The notes beneath the pieces are model-generated. The model searched no databases. It saw only the letters and a list, made by a program, of their open reading frames with translations, and was not told the DNA's origin. A stretch of 64,000 nucleotides of DNA, from assembly GCF_052425735.1 (NCBI RefSeq), contig NC_135771.1, positions 8,060,001 to 8,124,000 on the forward strand, read 5' to 3'. This stretch comes from Oculina patagonica (taxonomy: Eukaryota). Below, piece by piece: positions 25,350 through 40,120 of the stretch (position 1 is the stretch's first letter; the number at the start of each line of letters is the position of its first letter). A program made the translations under genes and the position numbers.

Positions 25350-28300
25350 GAATTAGCTCAGTGGAACAATTTCCGACGTTTCATCATGCAGATCAAGTAA
25401 TCAGTAGAATTGTAAGCAATGTCAAAGGGTGTTAACGCAAAAAGGGTGTAAACAGTTGAGAAGCTAAATAAAAAGTCAGCAACTAATCGAGAATTTTGAG
25501 TCTTCATTGCTTAACAAAACCACGCCGGTCTTTGAACACACGGCGTTAAGTACACTGGTGCCTAAGATTTGAGGCCCAAAGGAAAGGAAAACGCACACAT
25601 TGTTTCTCTCTCAAAAAAGTTGTATTTTAGTAGCAAAAAAAACGTTTTTCTCATGCATGTGTTAATCTTTGAAAGAAATGCTGGAGAATAATTGTGTTTC
25701 ATATGAAAGGCGTTGCCAAATTGAATTGTAAAGTACAAATACACATTTTGCGTTTGGAGAAATATTCACAAAGAGTTTTAATTCAATTATTAGTCACTTA
25801 AAAACATATTTGGCGAGAAAAGGATCAATTACTTCCATTAACAAACCTTTTTTATTTCGTTTCCTCAGAAACGAAATGGTATTGTTTTGGATTCGATGTG
25901 ATTTATTTACACAGAATGGGCTACTATCTAATCACTAGAACGCTCGTAAATCAGCAATGTCAACACGCTTTAGTAGAAGCAAACAACTTGGTAAAAACAT
26001 GTTCTTCAAATATCGAAAGAGGACATTTGTACGAAACACGCATCTTTTCTTTATCATTAATAAGACTTAACGGGCGTAACCTTCAACTCTATTATATAGA
26101 AACTGCATAAAGTCATAATTATCTTTGTAGGGTTTTTCACGATTTATAGACGACTACATAAACCGTGTACGATCAAGACTTGATCGTGACGAGTCAAAAG
26201 AAGATAAAATATAGAAAGTCCTTGCAGTCTTTCTATATTTTATAGGGCATCAACTCACAAATAAATAAGTACCTTGTAAAATAGCAAAGAATCCGAAAAT
26301 TCGGGGAGAGCTTAATATGACGTTTGAGGAAGGGGGAGTATTTACAGATGGCAATTTGCATTTGACAAATGTTTGGATCTACAATTGAAAAGGATAATGC
26401 GTTTGAAAATTTTTCGGTGCATAGAAGAAAACCGCACGGTAAAACTCTCTAAACACAATGATATGAAACCCTAAACAAGCCCTAAAATCGTTAAATGATC
26501 ATTGATGGTCTCCGAGCATACTCTAACGCGTTAACGACGTGAGTTAGAGAACAAGCTGATAGGAACACGGTCTTATTCTGTATTCTTGCCTGCGTAGCTG
26601 GCTAGAATGCAGTTATTCCGGTCCCCGCTGATCAAGGGGACCGGAAACGAAGGTTAGATTAAAGATTGCGTGACCACCCCAAAGAGCTTACCGTGGAGGG
26701 TAGGATAGGGCATATAATCTGGAACCCTTCCCCCCTCCCGTGAGATATTCAAGCTGAGATCGTTCTTTCTCAATACAACGAAAACCATTTAGTCAGGAAA
26801 CAACCATCTCTCACTGTGTATTTTTATCTCGTGTAATCCTGAACCTCACAAATTCTTTTAACCTAACTCGGTTTTCTTTACAGTTCTGACGAGGTTTCTT
26901 TGCTGTTTAACGAATTCGTCAACTTCGTTATTCGTTTTGTTGTAGGCAACCTAAAATTGGAACAATATCATGCCAACCAAATAATCAGTAGACTTGTAAG
27001 CAATGTCAGAAGTTGTTAACGAAAAGAAGGTGAAAACAATTGAGAAGCTAAATAAATGTCAGTAACTGGTCTAGAAATTGAGATTAAGCAACACTTGATG
27101 GATTTATTTCAAGGCGTATACAAAACACTGAAATTGTGAATGGGCAATGAAAACATTCTTTGTTGTTTTCCACGAGGTGTATGCAAAAGTGCCGAGGTGC
27201 AAAGAGAAAGGCAGCCTCCTACGCAGACGTTCTTAGGTCTGCGTAGGACTGAAGCTAAGAGAAAGGAGAATTTAAGAACAATAAAACACGCATGTCTTTC
27301 AAACAGAAGAAAGTAAGTTAAAGTTGGTAGAAACAACATAGTTTTATTCATACTCTTGCAATGTCAGTTAAAACTAAAAGCTTAATTCAAATAAAAAGAA
27401 TTTTCAAGGATGTAAAGTTACTTTTCAAGCAATTTTTCCAAGACGTGTCTGCTTTATTCTCATTTCTTTTTGCCCGTGGCAGATTTTGTTCAATCGGCGG
27501 CACCCCACTTTGCTGATGTGTTGTAATTAACATAACGAAAGGCAAACTCTCTTGTAAAATTCGCTGAGCACGGTAATGACAATCGTGTAAATTCTGCAAA
27601 GCCGAAAGTAAAACATGTAAAATTTGTATTTTTCGCAACAGCGTAACTTAAAATCCAAAAAGTTTTAAAATTTGTAATTTTCGTAACAGCGTGTATTTTT
27701 GGACATTTAGTCTTCGCAAAGGGGCTAAGAGTAAAGAGAATTTAAGAACAAAAAAAAAACACGCATGTCTTTCAAACAGAACAGAGTTAGCAAAAATTGG
27801 AACAGACAACAAAGTTTTATTCAAACTTTTGCAACATCACTTAAAACTAAAAGCTTGATTCAAATAAAAAGGATTTTCAAGGATGTAAAGTTACTTTTCA
27901 AGCAATTTCAGTTAACCAAGATGTGTCTACTTTATTCTCATTACTTTTTGCCAGTGGCAAATTTTGTTCAATCCGCAGCACCCCGCTTTGCTGATGTGTT
28001 GTTATTAACATAACGAAAGGCGAAAACTCTTAATTATAAAATTACTGTTCAAGTTATTTTTCCAAGACGTGGCAAATTTTTCAAATCCGCGGCACCCCGC
28101 TTTGCTGATGTGTTGTCATTAACATAACGAAAGGCGAAAACTCTTGTAAAATTTGCAAAGCACGGTAATGACAATCGTGTAAATTCTGCAAAGCCGCAAA
28201 TAAAACATCTAAACTCTGTATTTTTTGGCAGAACCGTAACTTAAGATCCAAAAAAATTTAAAATTTGTAATTTTCGTAACTGCGTGTATTTCTAGACATT

Positions 28301-29536
28301 TCTTCGCCAAGGGGCTAAGAGTAAAGAGAATTTAAGAACGAAACTACAAACATGTCTTTCAAAGAAAACAAACTTAGAAGAAACAAAGGTTACATTCGGC
28401 AACCTCTTGCAACATCAAATAAAACTAAAAGCTTAACTCAAATAAAATAAATTTTCAAGGATATAAAGTTACTTTTCAATCAATTTTTCCAAGATGACTG
28501 CTCAATTCTCATTACTTTTTGCCTGTGGCATTACTACAGCCGACAACATTGACTTTGACCGTTATGACCGATTTACAGAGTCAACATTCCACAAAGCATA
28601 GCAGCTATCCATGCAACGTTTGAGTTGAGCGTGTGCCTCCACGTATGTGTTTTGATAAAAAATTGCATAAAAGTGCAAATAATTCAAGGAACATCACTTC
28701 ACTTGAAGAAGCTTTCACCTGACGAACGTCAAGCTACACGAAGATACTTGAGGTTAGTGCACGATTTATTTTGAAAAACGCTATACGCCTGAAGAATTTC
28801 TGAGTCAAAAACTTAATCTTACTCTTGTCAAACTGATTTTCGCCACAATGTTTTTCACAATAAGGTAGCAATAACAGGGTCATCAAGAATACCTTCAAGA
28901 GTTTTATTCCAGTTGAGGAAAACAAGCTTTGGGCGTAACTTACTTGTGAAGGGATTTAAACTAAACAAATGTGTCCGGCAACTGTTTACATAAAATAGGA
29001 AAACTATCTTTCGAGATCTTGACTGAAACTTTCAAAAAAATATCGCATTTCGGTATGGCAAACGTATCAAGCGGACAAACAGTAGTTTAAGAGGATAAAT
29101 GGTGTCTGCATTTCTCGTTCGGCCAACTGGTGTAAGATGTTCTTATTATCGTTCTTAAGTCTCAGTCGGTTTTTCTTGTGAGTGTTTCAGAACAGGATCA
29201 ATCAGTACATTTGTATTACAGTTTCGAGCAAAATTATCAGCTTTTACCTTCAGCAATTTCTTTATTCGTAAATTTAACATGAGTCTGAGAATAAGTGTAA
29301 TACATTTGAAAAAACTCCTTTGTCGCCGTTCCATCCAATCTACATTGGCATTTAACTGTGACTCGTAGTTGCGAATAGCAAACATCTTTTTACTAAACAG
29401 AACTAATTTAACTAAGGTAGTAGAAAAGAATGCTTAGAGTATCTGGGATTTCTTGATCCAATCTGGTGAGAGTCGGAATGGTCTTTTAATTTCTCAGTTA
29501 ACCGTAGTTGGTTATTCTCTTCCAGAATTCTCCACC

Positions 29537-30278
29537 ATGAAGTGTTTTGTTGCTATTGGGATGCTCGTCTGCGCTGTTGTCTTAACAGGTAAAAGCTTGA
29601 ACTGAAACCAAAGAAACTGAGACAAAGTTGAGAGTTGGCAAGTCTCTATCAATCTTTGCGAATTAATATATCTTGATCAGTAAATGTTCAGTTCTTTCTA
29701 GCAAAGACATAGCTAAGAACTGTAAGTTGTTCACCCTCTAGTGCAACGCGACAAATCAATTTCTTGTGCCTGTATTTCAAATGTCTTTGTCTTAGAAAAG
29801 AAGGAAACTAGTTGCAGGTGGCCTGTCAAGCAGAAACAAGCCTAACGCTAATTTGTGTTCGTATATCTTAGATGCCTTCAACCCTGTTGGTGTGGCACTG
29901 AAAGGAGACAATGGTAAATATCTCGGTCGTGTTCAATGGAATGGAATTAACTACATCGAGGTGGCAAAGGACGGCCCAGGCCATTTCACAAGGTTCCTTG
30001 CAACAGAGAGCAATGGCAAACTGTTGCTGCAAGCAGACAACGGAAAATATCTGAGCAGAGTACGTTGGAACGGTATCGATTATATCGAGGCCGCAAAGGA
30101 TGTCCCAGATGTGTTCTGCCATTTTTCAGTCCACAATCAACCCGATGGTACTGTGGTGCTACAGGCCGACAATGGAAAGTACATGTCTCGAGTCCAGACT
30201 AACGGCATCGACTTCTATCAGGCGGCAAAAAGCCAGATTGATGTGTTTTGCAAATTGCATCTTGAATTTCAGTTGTAG
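29537..30278 (+). CDS. Secreted beta-trefoil protein, copy 3 (variant KSQID)
   Basis: Exons 29537-29588 and 29872-30278, intact ORF. Confidence 0.88.
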
Positions 30279-33200
30279 GAATTAGCTCAGTGGAACAATT
30301 TCCGACGTTTCATCATGCAGATCAAGTAATCAGTAGAATTGTAAGCAATGTCATAAGGTGTTAACGCAAAAAGGGTGTAAACAGTTGAGAGGCTAAATAA
30401 AAAGTCAGGAAGTAATCGAGAATATCGAGTCTTTATTGCTTAACAAAACCACGTCTTTAAACACACGGCGTTAAGTACACTGGTGCCTAAGATTTGAGGC
30501 CCAAAGGAAATGAAAACGCACACATTGTTTCTCTCTCAAAAAAGTTGTATTTTAGTAGCAAAAAAAACGTTTTTCTCATGCATGTGTTAATCTTTGAAAG
30601 AAATGCTGGAGAATAATTGTGTTTCATATGAAAGGCGTTGCCAAATTGAATTGTAAAATACAAATACACATTTTGCGTTTGGAGAAATATTCACAAAGAG
30701 TTTTAATTCAATTATTAGTCACTTAAAAACATATTTGGCGAGAAAAGGATCAATTACTTCCATTAACAAACCTTTTTTATTTCGTTTCCTCAGAAACGAA
30801 ATGGTATTGTTTTGGATTCGATGTGATTTATTTACACAGAATGGGCTACTATCTAATCACTAGAACGCTCGTAAATCAGCAATGTCAACACGCTTTAGTA
30901 GAAGCAAACAACTTGGTAAAAACATGTTCTTCAAATATCGAAAGAGGACATTTTTACGAAACACGCATCTTTTCTTTATCATTGATAAGACTTAACGGGC
31001 GTAACCTTCAACTCTATTATATAGAAACTGCATAAAGTCATAATTATCTTTGTAGGGTTTTTCACGATTTATAGACGACTACATAAACCGTGTACGATCA
31101 AGACTTGATCGTGACGAGTCAAAAGAAGATAAAATATAGAAAGTCCTTGCAGTCTTTCTTCATTTTATAGGGCATCAACTCACAAATAGATAAGTACCTT
31201 GTAAAATAGCAAAGAATCCGAAAATTCGGGAAGAGCTTAATATGACGTTTGAGGAAGGGGGAGTATTTACACATGGCAATTTGCATTTGACAAATGTTTG
31301 GATCTATAATTGAAAAGGATAATGCGTTTGAAAATTTTTCGGTGCATAGAAGAAAACCGCACGGTAAAACTCTCTAAACACAATGATATGAAACCCTAAA
31401 CAAGCCCTAAAATCGTTAAATGATCATTGATGGTCTCCGAACATACTCTAACGCGTTAACGACGTGAGTTAGAGAACAAGCTGATAGGAACACGGTCTTA
31501 TTCTGTATTCTTGCCTGCGTAGCTGGCTAGAATACAGTAATTCCGGTCCCCGCTGATCAAGGGGACCGGAAACGAAGGTTAGATTAAAGATTGCGTGACC
31601 ACCCCAAAGAGCTTACCGTGGAAGGTAGGATAGGGCATATAATCTGGAACCTTTCCCCCCTCCCGTGAGATATTCAAGCTGAGATCGTTCTTTCTCAATA
31701 CAACGAAAACCATTTAGTCAGGAAACAACCATCTCTCACTGTGTATTTTTATCTCGTGTAACCCTGAACCTCACAAATTCTTTTAACCTAACTCGGTTTT
31801 CTTTACAGTTCTGACGAAGTTTCTTTGCTGTTTAACGAATTCGTCAACTTCGTTATTCGTTTTGTTGTAGGCAACCTAAAATTGGAACAATATCATGCCA
31901 ACCAAATAATCAGTAGACTTGTAAGCAATGTCAGAAGTTGTTAACGAAAAGAAGGTGAAAACAATTGAGAAGCTAAATAAATGTCAGTAACTGGTCTAGA
32001 AATTGAGATTAAGCAACACTTGATGGATTTATTTCAAGGCGTATACAAAACACTGAAATTGTGAATGGGCAATGAAAACATTCTTTGTTGTTTTCCACGA
32101 GGTGTATGCAAAAGTGCCGAGGTGCAAAGAGAAAGGCAGCCTCCTACGCAGACGTTCTTAGGTCTGCGTAGGACTGAAGCTAAGAGAAAGGAGAATTTAA
32201 GAACAATAAAACACGCATGTCTTTCAAACAGAACAAAGTAAGTTAAAGTTGGTAGAAACAACATAGTTTTATTCATACTCTTGCAATGTCAGTTAAAACT
32301 AAAAGCTTAATTCAAATAAAAAGAATTTTCAAGGATGTAAAGTTACTTTTCAAGCAATTTTTCCAAGACGTGTCTGCTTTATTCTCATTTCTTTTTGCCC
32401 GTGGCAGATTTTGTTCAATCGGCGGCACCCCACTTTGCTGATGTGTTGTAATTAACATAACGAAAGGCAAACTCTCTTGTAAAATTCGCTGAGCACGGTA
32501 ATGACAATCGTGTAAATTCTGCAAAGCCGAAAGTAAAACATGTAAAATTTGTATTTTTCGCAACAGCGTAACTTAAAATCCAAAAAGTTTTAAAATTTGT
32601 AATTTTCGTAACAGCGTGTATTTTTGGACATTTAGTCTTCGCAAAGGGGCTAAGAGTAAAGAGAATTTAAGAACAAAAAAAAAACACGCATGTCTTTCAA
32701 ACAGAACAGAGTTAGCAAAAATTGGAACAGACAACAAAGTTTTATTCAAACTTTTGCAACATCACTTAAAACTAAAAGCTTGATTCAAATAAAAAGGATT
32801 TTCAAGGATGTAAAGTTACTTTTCAAGCAATTTCAGTTAACCAAGATGTGTCTACTTTATTCTCATTACTTTTTGCCAGTGGCAAATTTTGTTCAATCCG
32901 CAGCACCCCGCTTTGCTGATGTGTTGTTATTAACATAACGAAAGGCGAAAACTCTTAATTATAAAATTACTGTTCAAGTTATTTTTCCAAGACGTGGCAA
33001 ATTTTTCAAATCCGCGGCACCCCGCTTTGCTGATGTGTTGTCATTAACATAACGAAAGGCGAAAACTCTTGTAAAATTTGCAAAGCACGGTAATGACAAT
33101 CGTGTAAATTCTGCAAAGCCGCAAATAAAACATCTAAACTCTGTATTTTTTGGCAGAACCGTAACTTAAGATCCAAAAAAATTTAAAATTTGTAATTTTC

Positions 33201-34461
33201 GTAACTGCGTGTATTTCTAGACATTTCTTCGCCAAGGGGCTAAGAGTAAAGAGAATTTAAGAACGAAACTACAAACATGTCTTTCAAAGAAAACAAACTT
33301 AGAAGAAACAAAGGTTACATTCGGCAACCTCTTGCAACATCAAATAAAACTAAAAGCTTAACTCAAATAAAATAAATTTTCAAGGATATAAAGTTACTTT
33401 TCAATCAATTTTTCCAAGATGACTGCTCAATTCTCATTACTTTTTGCCTGTGGCATTACTACAGCCGACAACATTGACTTTGACCGTTATGACCGATTTA
33501 CAGAGTCAACATTCCACAAAGCATAGCAGCTATCCATGCAACGTTTGAGTTGAGCGTGTGCCTCCACGTATGTGTTTTGATAAAAAATTGCATAAAAGTG
33601 CAAATAATTCAAGGAACATCACTTCACTTGAAGAAGCTTTCACCTGACGAACGTCAAGCTACACGAAGATACTTGAGGTTAGTGCACGATTTATTTTGAA
33701 AAACGCTATACGCCTGAAGAATTTCTGAGTCAAAAACTTAATCTTACTCTTGTCAAACTGATTTTCGCCACAATGTTTTTCACAATAAGGTAGCAATAAC
33801 AGGGTCATCAAGAATACCTTCAAGAGTTTTATTCCAGTTGAGGAAAACAAGCTTTGGGCGTAACTTACTTGTGAAGGGATTTAAACTAAACAAATGTGTC
33901 CGGCAACTGTTTACATAAAATAGGAAAACTATCTTTCGAGATCTTGACTGAAACTTTCAAAAAAATATCGCATTTCGGTATGGCAAACGTATCAAGCGGA
34001 CAAACAGTAGTTTAAGAGGATAAATGGTGTCTGCATTTCTCGTTCGGCCAACTGGTGTAAGATGTTCTTATTATCGTTCTTAAGTCTCAGTCGGTTTTTC
34101 TTGTGAGTGTTTCAGAACAGGATCAATCAGTACATTTGTATTACAGTTTCGAGCAAAATTATCAGCTTTTACCTTCAGCAATTTCTTTATTCGTAAATTT
34201 AACATGAGTCTGAGAATAAGTGTAATACATTTGAAAAAACTCCTTTGTCGCCGTTCCATCCAATCTACATTGGCATTTAACTGTGACTCGTAGTTGCGAA
34301 TAGCAAACATCTTTTTACTAAACAGAACTAATTTAACTAAGGTAGTAGAAAAGAATGCTTAGAGTATCTGGGATTTCTTGATCCAATCTGGTGAGAGTCG
34401 GAATGGTCTTTTAATTTCTCAGTTAACCGTAGTTGGTTATTCTCTTCCAGAATTCTCCACC

Positions 34462-35203
34462 ATGAAGTGTTTTGTTGCTATTGGGATGCTCGTCTGCGCT
34501 GTTGTCTTAACAGGTAAAAGCTTGAACTGAAACCAAAGAAACTGAGACAAAGTTGAGAGTTGGCAAGTCTCTATCAATCTTTGCGAATTAATATATCTTG
34601 ATCAGTAAATGTTCAGTTCTTTCTAGCAAAGACATAGCTAAGAACTGTAAGTTGTTCACCCTCTAGTGCAACGCGACAAATCAATTTCTTGTGCCTGTAT
34701 TTCAAATGTCTTTGTCTTAGAAAAGAAGGAAACTAGTTGCAGGTGGCCTGTCAAGCAGAAACAAGCCTAACGCTAATTTGTGTTCGTATATCTTAGATGC
34801 CTTCAACCCTGTTGGTGTGGCACTGAAAGGAGACAATGGTAAATATCTCGGTCGTGTTCAATGGAATGGAATTAACTACATCGAGGTGGCAAAGGACGGC
34901 CCAGGCCATTTCACAAGGTTCCTTGCAACAGAGAGCAATGGCAAACTGTTGCTGCAAGCAGACAACGGAAAATATCTGAGCAGAGTACGTTGGAACGGTA
35001 TCGATTATATCGAGGCCGCAAAGGATGTCCCAGATGTGTTCTGCCATTTTTCAGTCCACAATCAACCCGATGGTACTGTGGTGCTACAGGCCGACAATGG
35101 AAAGTACATGTCTCGAGTCCAGACTAACGGCATCGACTTCTATCAGGCGGCAAAAAGCCAGATTGATGTGTTTTGCAAATTGCATCTTGAATTTCAGTTG
35201 TAG
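34462..35203 (+). CDS. Secreted beta-trefoil protein, copy 4 (same protein as copy 3)
   Basis: Exons 34462-34513 and 34797-35203, intact ORF. Confidence 0.86.
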
Positions 35204-38200
35204 GAATTAGCTCAGTGGAACAATTTCCGACCTTTCATCATGCAGATCAAGTAATCAGTAGAATTGTAAGCAATGTCATAAGGTGTTAACGCAAAAAGGG
35301 TGTAAACAGTTGAGAGGCTAAATAAAAAGTCAGGAAGTAATCGAGAATATCGAGTCTTCATTGCTTAACAAAACCACGTCTTTAAACACACGGCGTTAAG
35401 TACACTGGTGCCTAAGATTTGAGGCCCAAAGGAAATGAAAACGCACGCATTGTTTCTCTCTCAAAAAAGTTGTATTTTAGTAGCAAAAAAAACGTTTTTC
35501 TCATGCATGTGTTAATCTTTGAAAGAAATGCTGGAGAATAATTGTGTTTCATATGAAAGGCGTTGCCAAATTGAATTGTAAAATACAAATACACATTTTG
35601 CGTTTGGAGAAATATTCACAAAGAGTTTTAATTCAATTATTAGTCACTTAAAAACATATTTGGCGAGAAAAGGATCAATTACTTCCATTAACAAACCTTT
35701 TTTATTTCGTTTCCTCAGAAACGAAATGGTATTGTTTTGGATTCGATGTGATTTATTTACACAGAATGGGCTACTATCTAATCACTAGAACGCTCGTAAA
35801 TCAGCAATGTCAACACGCTTTAGTAGAAGCAAACAACTTGGTAAAAACATGTTCTTCAAATATCGAAAGAGGACATTTTTACGAAACACGCATCTTTTCT
35901 TTATCATTGATAAGACTTAACGGGCGTAACCTTCAACTCTATTATATAGAAACTGCATAAAGTCATAATTATCTTTGTAGGGTTTTTCACGATTTATAGA
36001 CGACTACATAAACCGTGTACGATCAAGACTTGATCGTGACGAGTCAAAAGAAGATAAAATATAGAAAGTCCTTGCAGTCTTTCTTCATTTTATAGGGCAT
36101 CAACTCACAAATAGATAAGTACCTTGTAAAATAGCAAAGAATCCGAAAATTCGGGAAGAGCTTAATATGACGTTTGAGGAAGGGGGAGTATTTACACATG
36201 GCAATTTGCATTTGACAAATGTTTGGATCTATAATTGAAAAGGATAATGCGTTTGAAAATTTTTCGGTGCATAGAAGAAAACCGCACGGTAAAACTCTCT
36301 AAACACAATGATATGAAACCCTAAACAAGCCCTAAAATCGTTAAATGATCATTGATGGTCTCCGAACATACTCTAACGCGTTAACGACGTGAGTTAGAGA
36401 ACAAGCTGATAGGAACACGGTCTTATTCTGTATTCTTGCCTGCGTAGCTGGCTAGAATACAGTAATTCCGGTCCCCGCTGATCAAGAGGACCGGAAACGA
36501 AGGTTAGATTAAAGATTGCGTGACCACCCCATAGAGCTTGTCGTGGAGGGTAGGATAGGGCATATAATCTGGAACCTTTCCCCCCTCCCGTGAGATATTC
36601 AAGCTGAGATCGTTCTTTCTTCATACAACGAAAACCATTTAGTCAGGAAACAACCATCTCTCACTGTGTATTTTTATCTCGTGTAATCCTGAACCTCACA
36701 AATTCTTTTAACCTTACTCGGTTTTCTTTACAATTCTGACGAGGTTTCTTTGCTGTTTAACGAATTCGTCAACTTCGTTATTCGTTTTGTTGTAGGCAAC
36801 CTAAAATTGGAACAATATCATGCCAACCAAATAATCAGTAGACTTGTAAGCAATGTCAGAAGTTGTTAACGAAAAGAAGGTGAAAACAATTGAGAAGCTA
36901 AATAAATGTCAGTAACTGGTCTAGAAATTGAGATTAAGCAACACTTGATGGATTTATTTCAAGGCGTATACAAAACACTGAAATTGTGAATGGGCAATGA
37001 AAACATTCTTTGTTGTTTTCCACGAGGTGTATGCAAAAGTGCCGAGGTGCAAAGAGAAAGGCAGCCTCCTACGCAGACGTTCTTAGGTCTGCGTAGGACT
37101 GAAGCTAAGAGAAAGGAGAATTTAAGAACAATAAAACACGCATGTCTTTCAAACAGAACAAAGTAAGTTAAAGTTGGTAGAAACAACATAGTTTTATTCA
37201 TACTCTTGCAATGTCAGTTAAAACTAAAAGCTTAATTCAAATAAAAAGAATTTTCAAGGATGTAAAGTTACTTTTCAAGCAATTTTTCCAAGACGTGTCT
37301 GCTTTATTCTCATTTCTTTTTGCCCGTGGCAGATTTTGTTCAATCGGCGGCACCCCACTTTGCTGATGTGTTGTAATTAACATAACGAAAGGCAAACTCT
37401 CTTGTAAAATTCGCTGAGCACGGTAATGACAATCGTGTAAATTCTGCAAAGCCGCAAGTAAAACATGTAAAATTTGTATTTTTCGCAAGAATGTAACTTA
37501 AAATCCAAAAAAATTTAAAATTTGTAATTTTCGTAACTGCGTGTATTTCTGGACATTTCTTCGCAAAGGGGCTAAGAGTTAAGAGAATTTAAGAACAAAA
37601 AAAAACACGCATGTCTTTCAAACAGAACAGAGTTAGCAAAAGTTGGAACAGACAACAAAGTTTTATTCAAACTTTTGCAACATCATTTAAAACTAAAAGC
37701 TTAATTCAAATAAAAAGGATTTTCAAGGATGTAAAGTTACTTTTCAAGCAATTTTTCCAAGATGTGTCTACTTTATTCTCATTACTTTTTGCCAGTGGCA
37801 AATTTTGTTCAATCCGCAGCACCCCGCTTTGCTGATGTGTTGTTATTAACATAACGAAAGGCGAAAACTCTTAATTATAAAGTTACTGTTCAAGTTATTT
37901 TTCCAAGACGTGGCAAATTTTGTTCAATCCGCGGCACCCCGCTTTGCTGATGTGTTGTCATTAACATAACGAAAGGCAAAAACTCTTGTAAAATTTGCAA
38001 AGCACGGTAATGACAATCGTGTAAATTCTGCAAAGCCGCAAATAAAACATCTAAACTTTGTATTTTTTGGCAGAACCGTAACTTAAGATCCAAAAAAATT
38101 AAAATTTGTAATTTTCGTTACTGCGTGTATTTCTGGACATTTCTTCGCCAAGGGGCTAAGAGTAAAGAGAATTTAAGAACAAAACTACAAACATGTCTTT

Positions 38201-39378
38201 CAAAGAAAACAAACTTAGAAGAAACAAAGGTTACATTCGGCAACCTCTTGCAACATCAAATGAAACTAAAAGCTTAACCCAAATAAAATTAATTTTCAAG
38301 GATATAAAGTTACTTTTCAATCAATTCTTCCAAGATGACTGCTCAATTCTCATTACTTTTTGCCGGTGGCATTACTACAGCCGACAACCTTGACTTTGAA
38401 CGTTATGACCGATTTACAGAGTCAACATTCCACAAAGCATAGCAGCTATCCATGCAACGTTTGAGTTGAGCGTGTGCCTCCACGTATGTGTTTTGATAAA
38501 AAATTGCATAAAAGAGCAAATAATTCAAGGAACATCACTTCACTTGAAGAAGCTTTCACCTGACGAACGTCAAGCTACACGAAGATACTTGAGGTTAGTG
38601 CGCGATTTATTTTGAAAAACGCTATACGCCTGGAGAATTTCTGAGTCAAAAACTGAATCTTACTCTTGTCAAACTGATTTTCGCCGCAATGTTTTTTCAC
38701 AATAAGGTAGCAATAACAGGGTCATCGAGAATACCTTCAAGAGTTTTATTCCAGTTGAGGAAAACAAGCTTTGGGCGTAACTTACTTGTGAAGGGATTTA
38801 AACTAAACAAATGTGTCCGGCAACTGTTTACATAAAATAGGAAAACTATTTTTCGAGATCTTGACTGAAACTTTCAAAAAAATATCGCATTTCGGTATGG
38901 CAAACGTATCAAGCGGACAAACAGTAGTTTAAGAGGATAAATGGTGTCTGCATTTCTCGTTCGGCCAACTGGTGTAAGATGTTCTTATTATCGTTCTTAA
39001 GTCTCAGTCGGTTTTTCTTGTGAGTGTTTCAGAACAGGATCAATCAGTACATTTGTATTACAGTTTCGAGCAAAATTATCAGCTTTTACCTTCAGCAATT
39101 TCTTTATTCGTAAATTTAACATGAGTCTGAGAATAAGTGTAATACATTTGAAAAAACTCCTTTGTCGCCGTTCCATCCAATCTACATTGGCATTTAACTG
39201 TGACTCGTAGTTGCGAATAGAAAACATCTTTTTACTAAACAGAACTAATTTAACTAAGGTAGTAGAAAAGAATGCTTAGAGTATCTGGGATTTCTTGATC
39301 CAATCTGGTGAGAGTCGGAATGGTCTTTTAATTTCTCAGTTAACCGTAGTTGGTTATTCTCTTCCAGAATTCTCCACC

Positions 39379-40120
39379 ATGAAGTGTTTTGTTGCTATTG
39401 GGATGCTCGTCTGCGCTGTTGTCTTAACAGGTAAAAGCTTGAACTGAAACCAAAGAAACTGAGACAAAGTTGAGAGTTGGCAAGTCTCTATCAATCTTTG
39501 CGAATTAATATATCTTGATCAGTAAATGTTCAGTTCTTTCTAGCAAAGACATAGCTTAGAACTGTAAGTTGTTCACCCTCTAGTGCAACGCGACAAATCA
39601 ATTTCTTGTGCCTGTATTACAAATGTCTTTGTCTTAGAAAAGAAGGAAACTAGTTGCAGGCGGCCTGTCAGGCAGAAACAAGCCTAACGCTAATTTGTGT
39701 TCGTATATCTTAGATGCCTTCAACCCTGTTGGTGTGGCACTGAAAGGAGACAATGGTAAATATCTCGGTCGTGTTCAATGGAATGGAATTAATTACATCG
39801 AGGTGGCAAAGGACGGCCCAGGCCATTTCACAAGGTTCCTTGCAACAGAGAGCAATGGCAAACTGTTGCTGCAAGCAGACAACGGAAAATATCTGAGCAG
39901 AGTACGTTGGAACGGTATCGATTATATCGAGGCCGCAAAGGATGTCCCAGATGTGTTCTGCCATTTTTCAGTCCACAATCAACCCGATGGTACTGTGGTG
40001 CTACAGGCCGACAATGGAAAGTACATGTCTCGAGTCCAGACTAACGGCATCGACTTCTATCAGGCGGCAAAAAGCGAGATTGATGTGTTTTGCAAATTAC
40101 ATCTTGAATTTCAGTTGTAG
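39379..40120 (+). CDS. Secreted beta-trefoil protein, copy 5 (same protein as copy 1, two silent changes)
   Basis: Exons 39379-39430 and 39714-40120, intact ORF. Confidence 0.88.
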
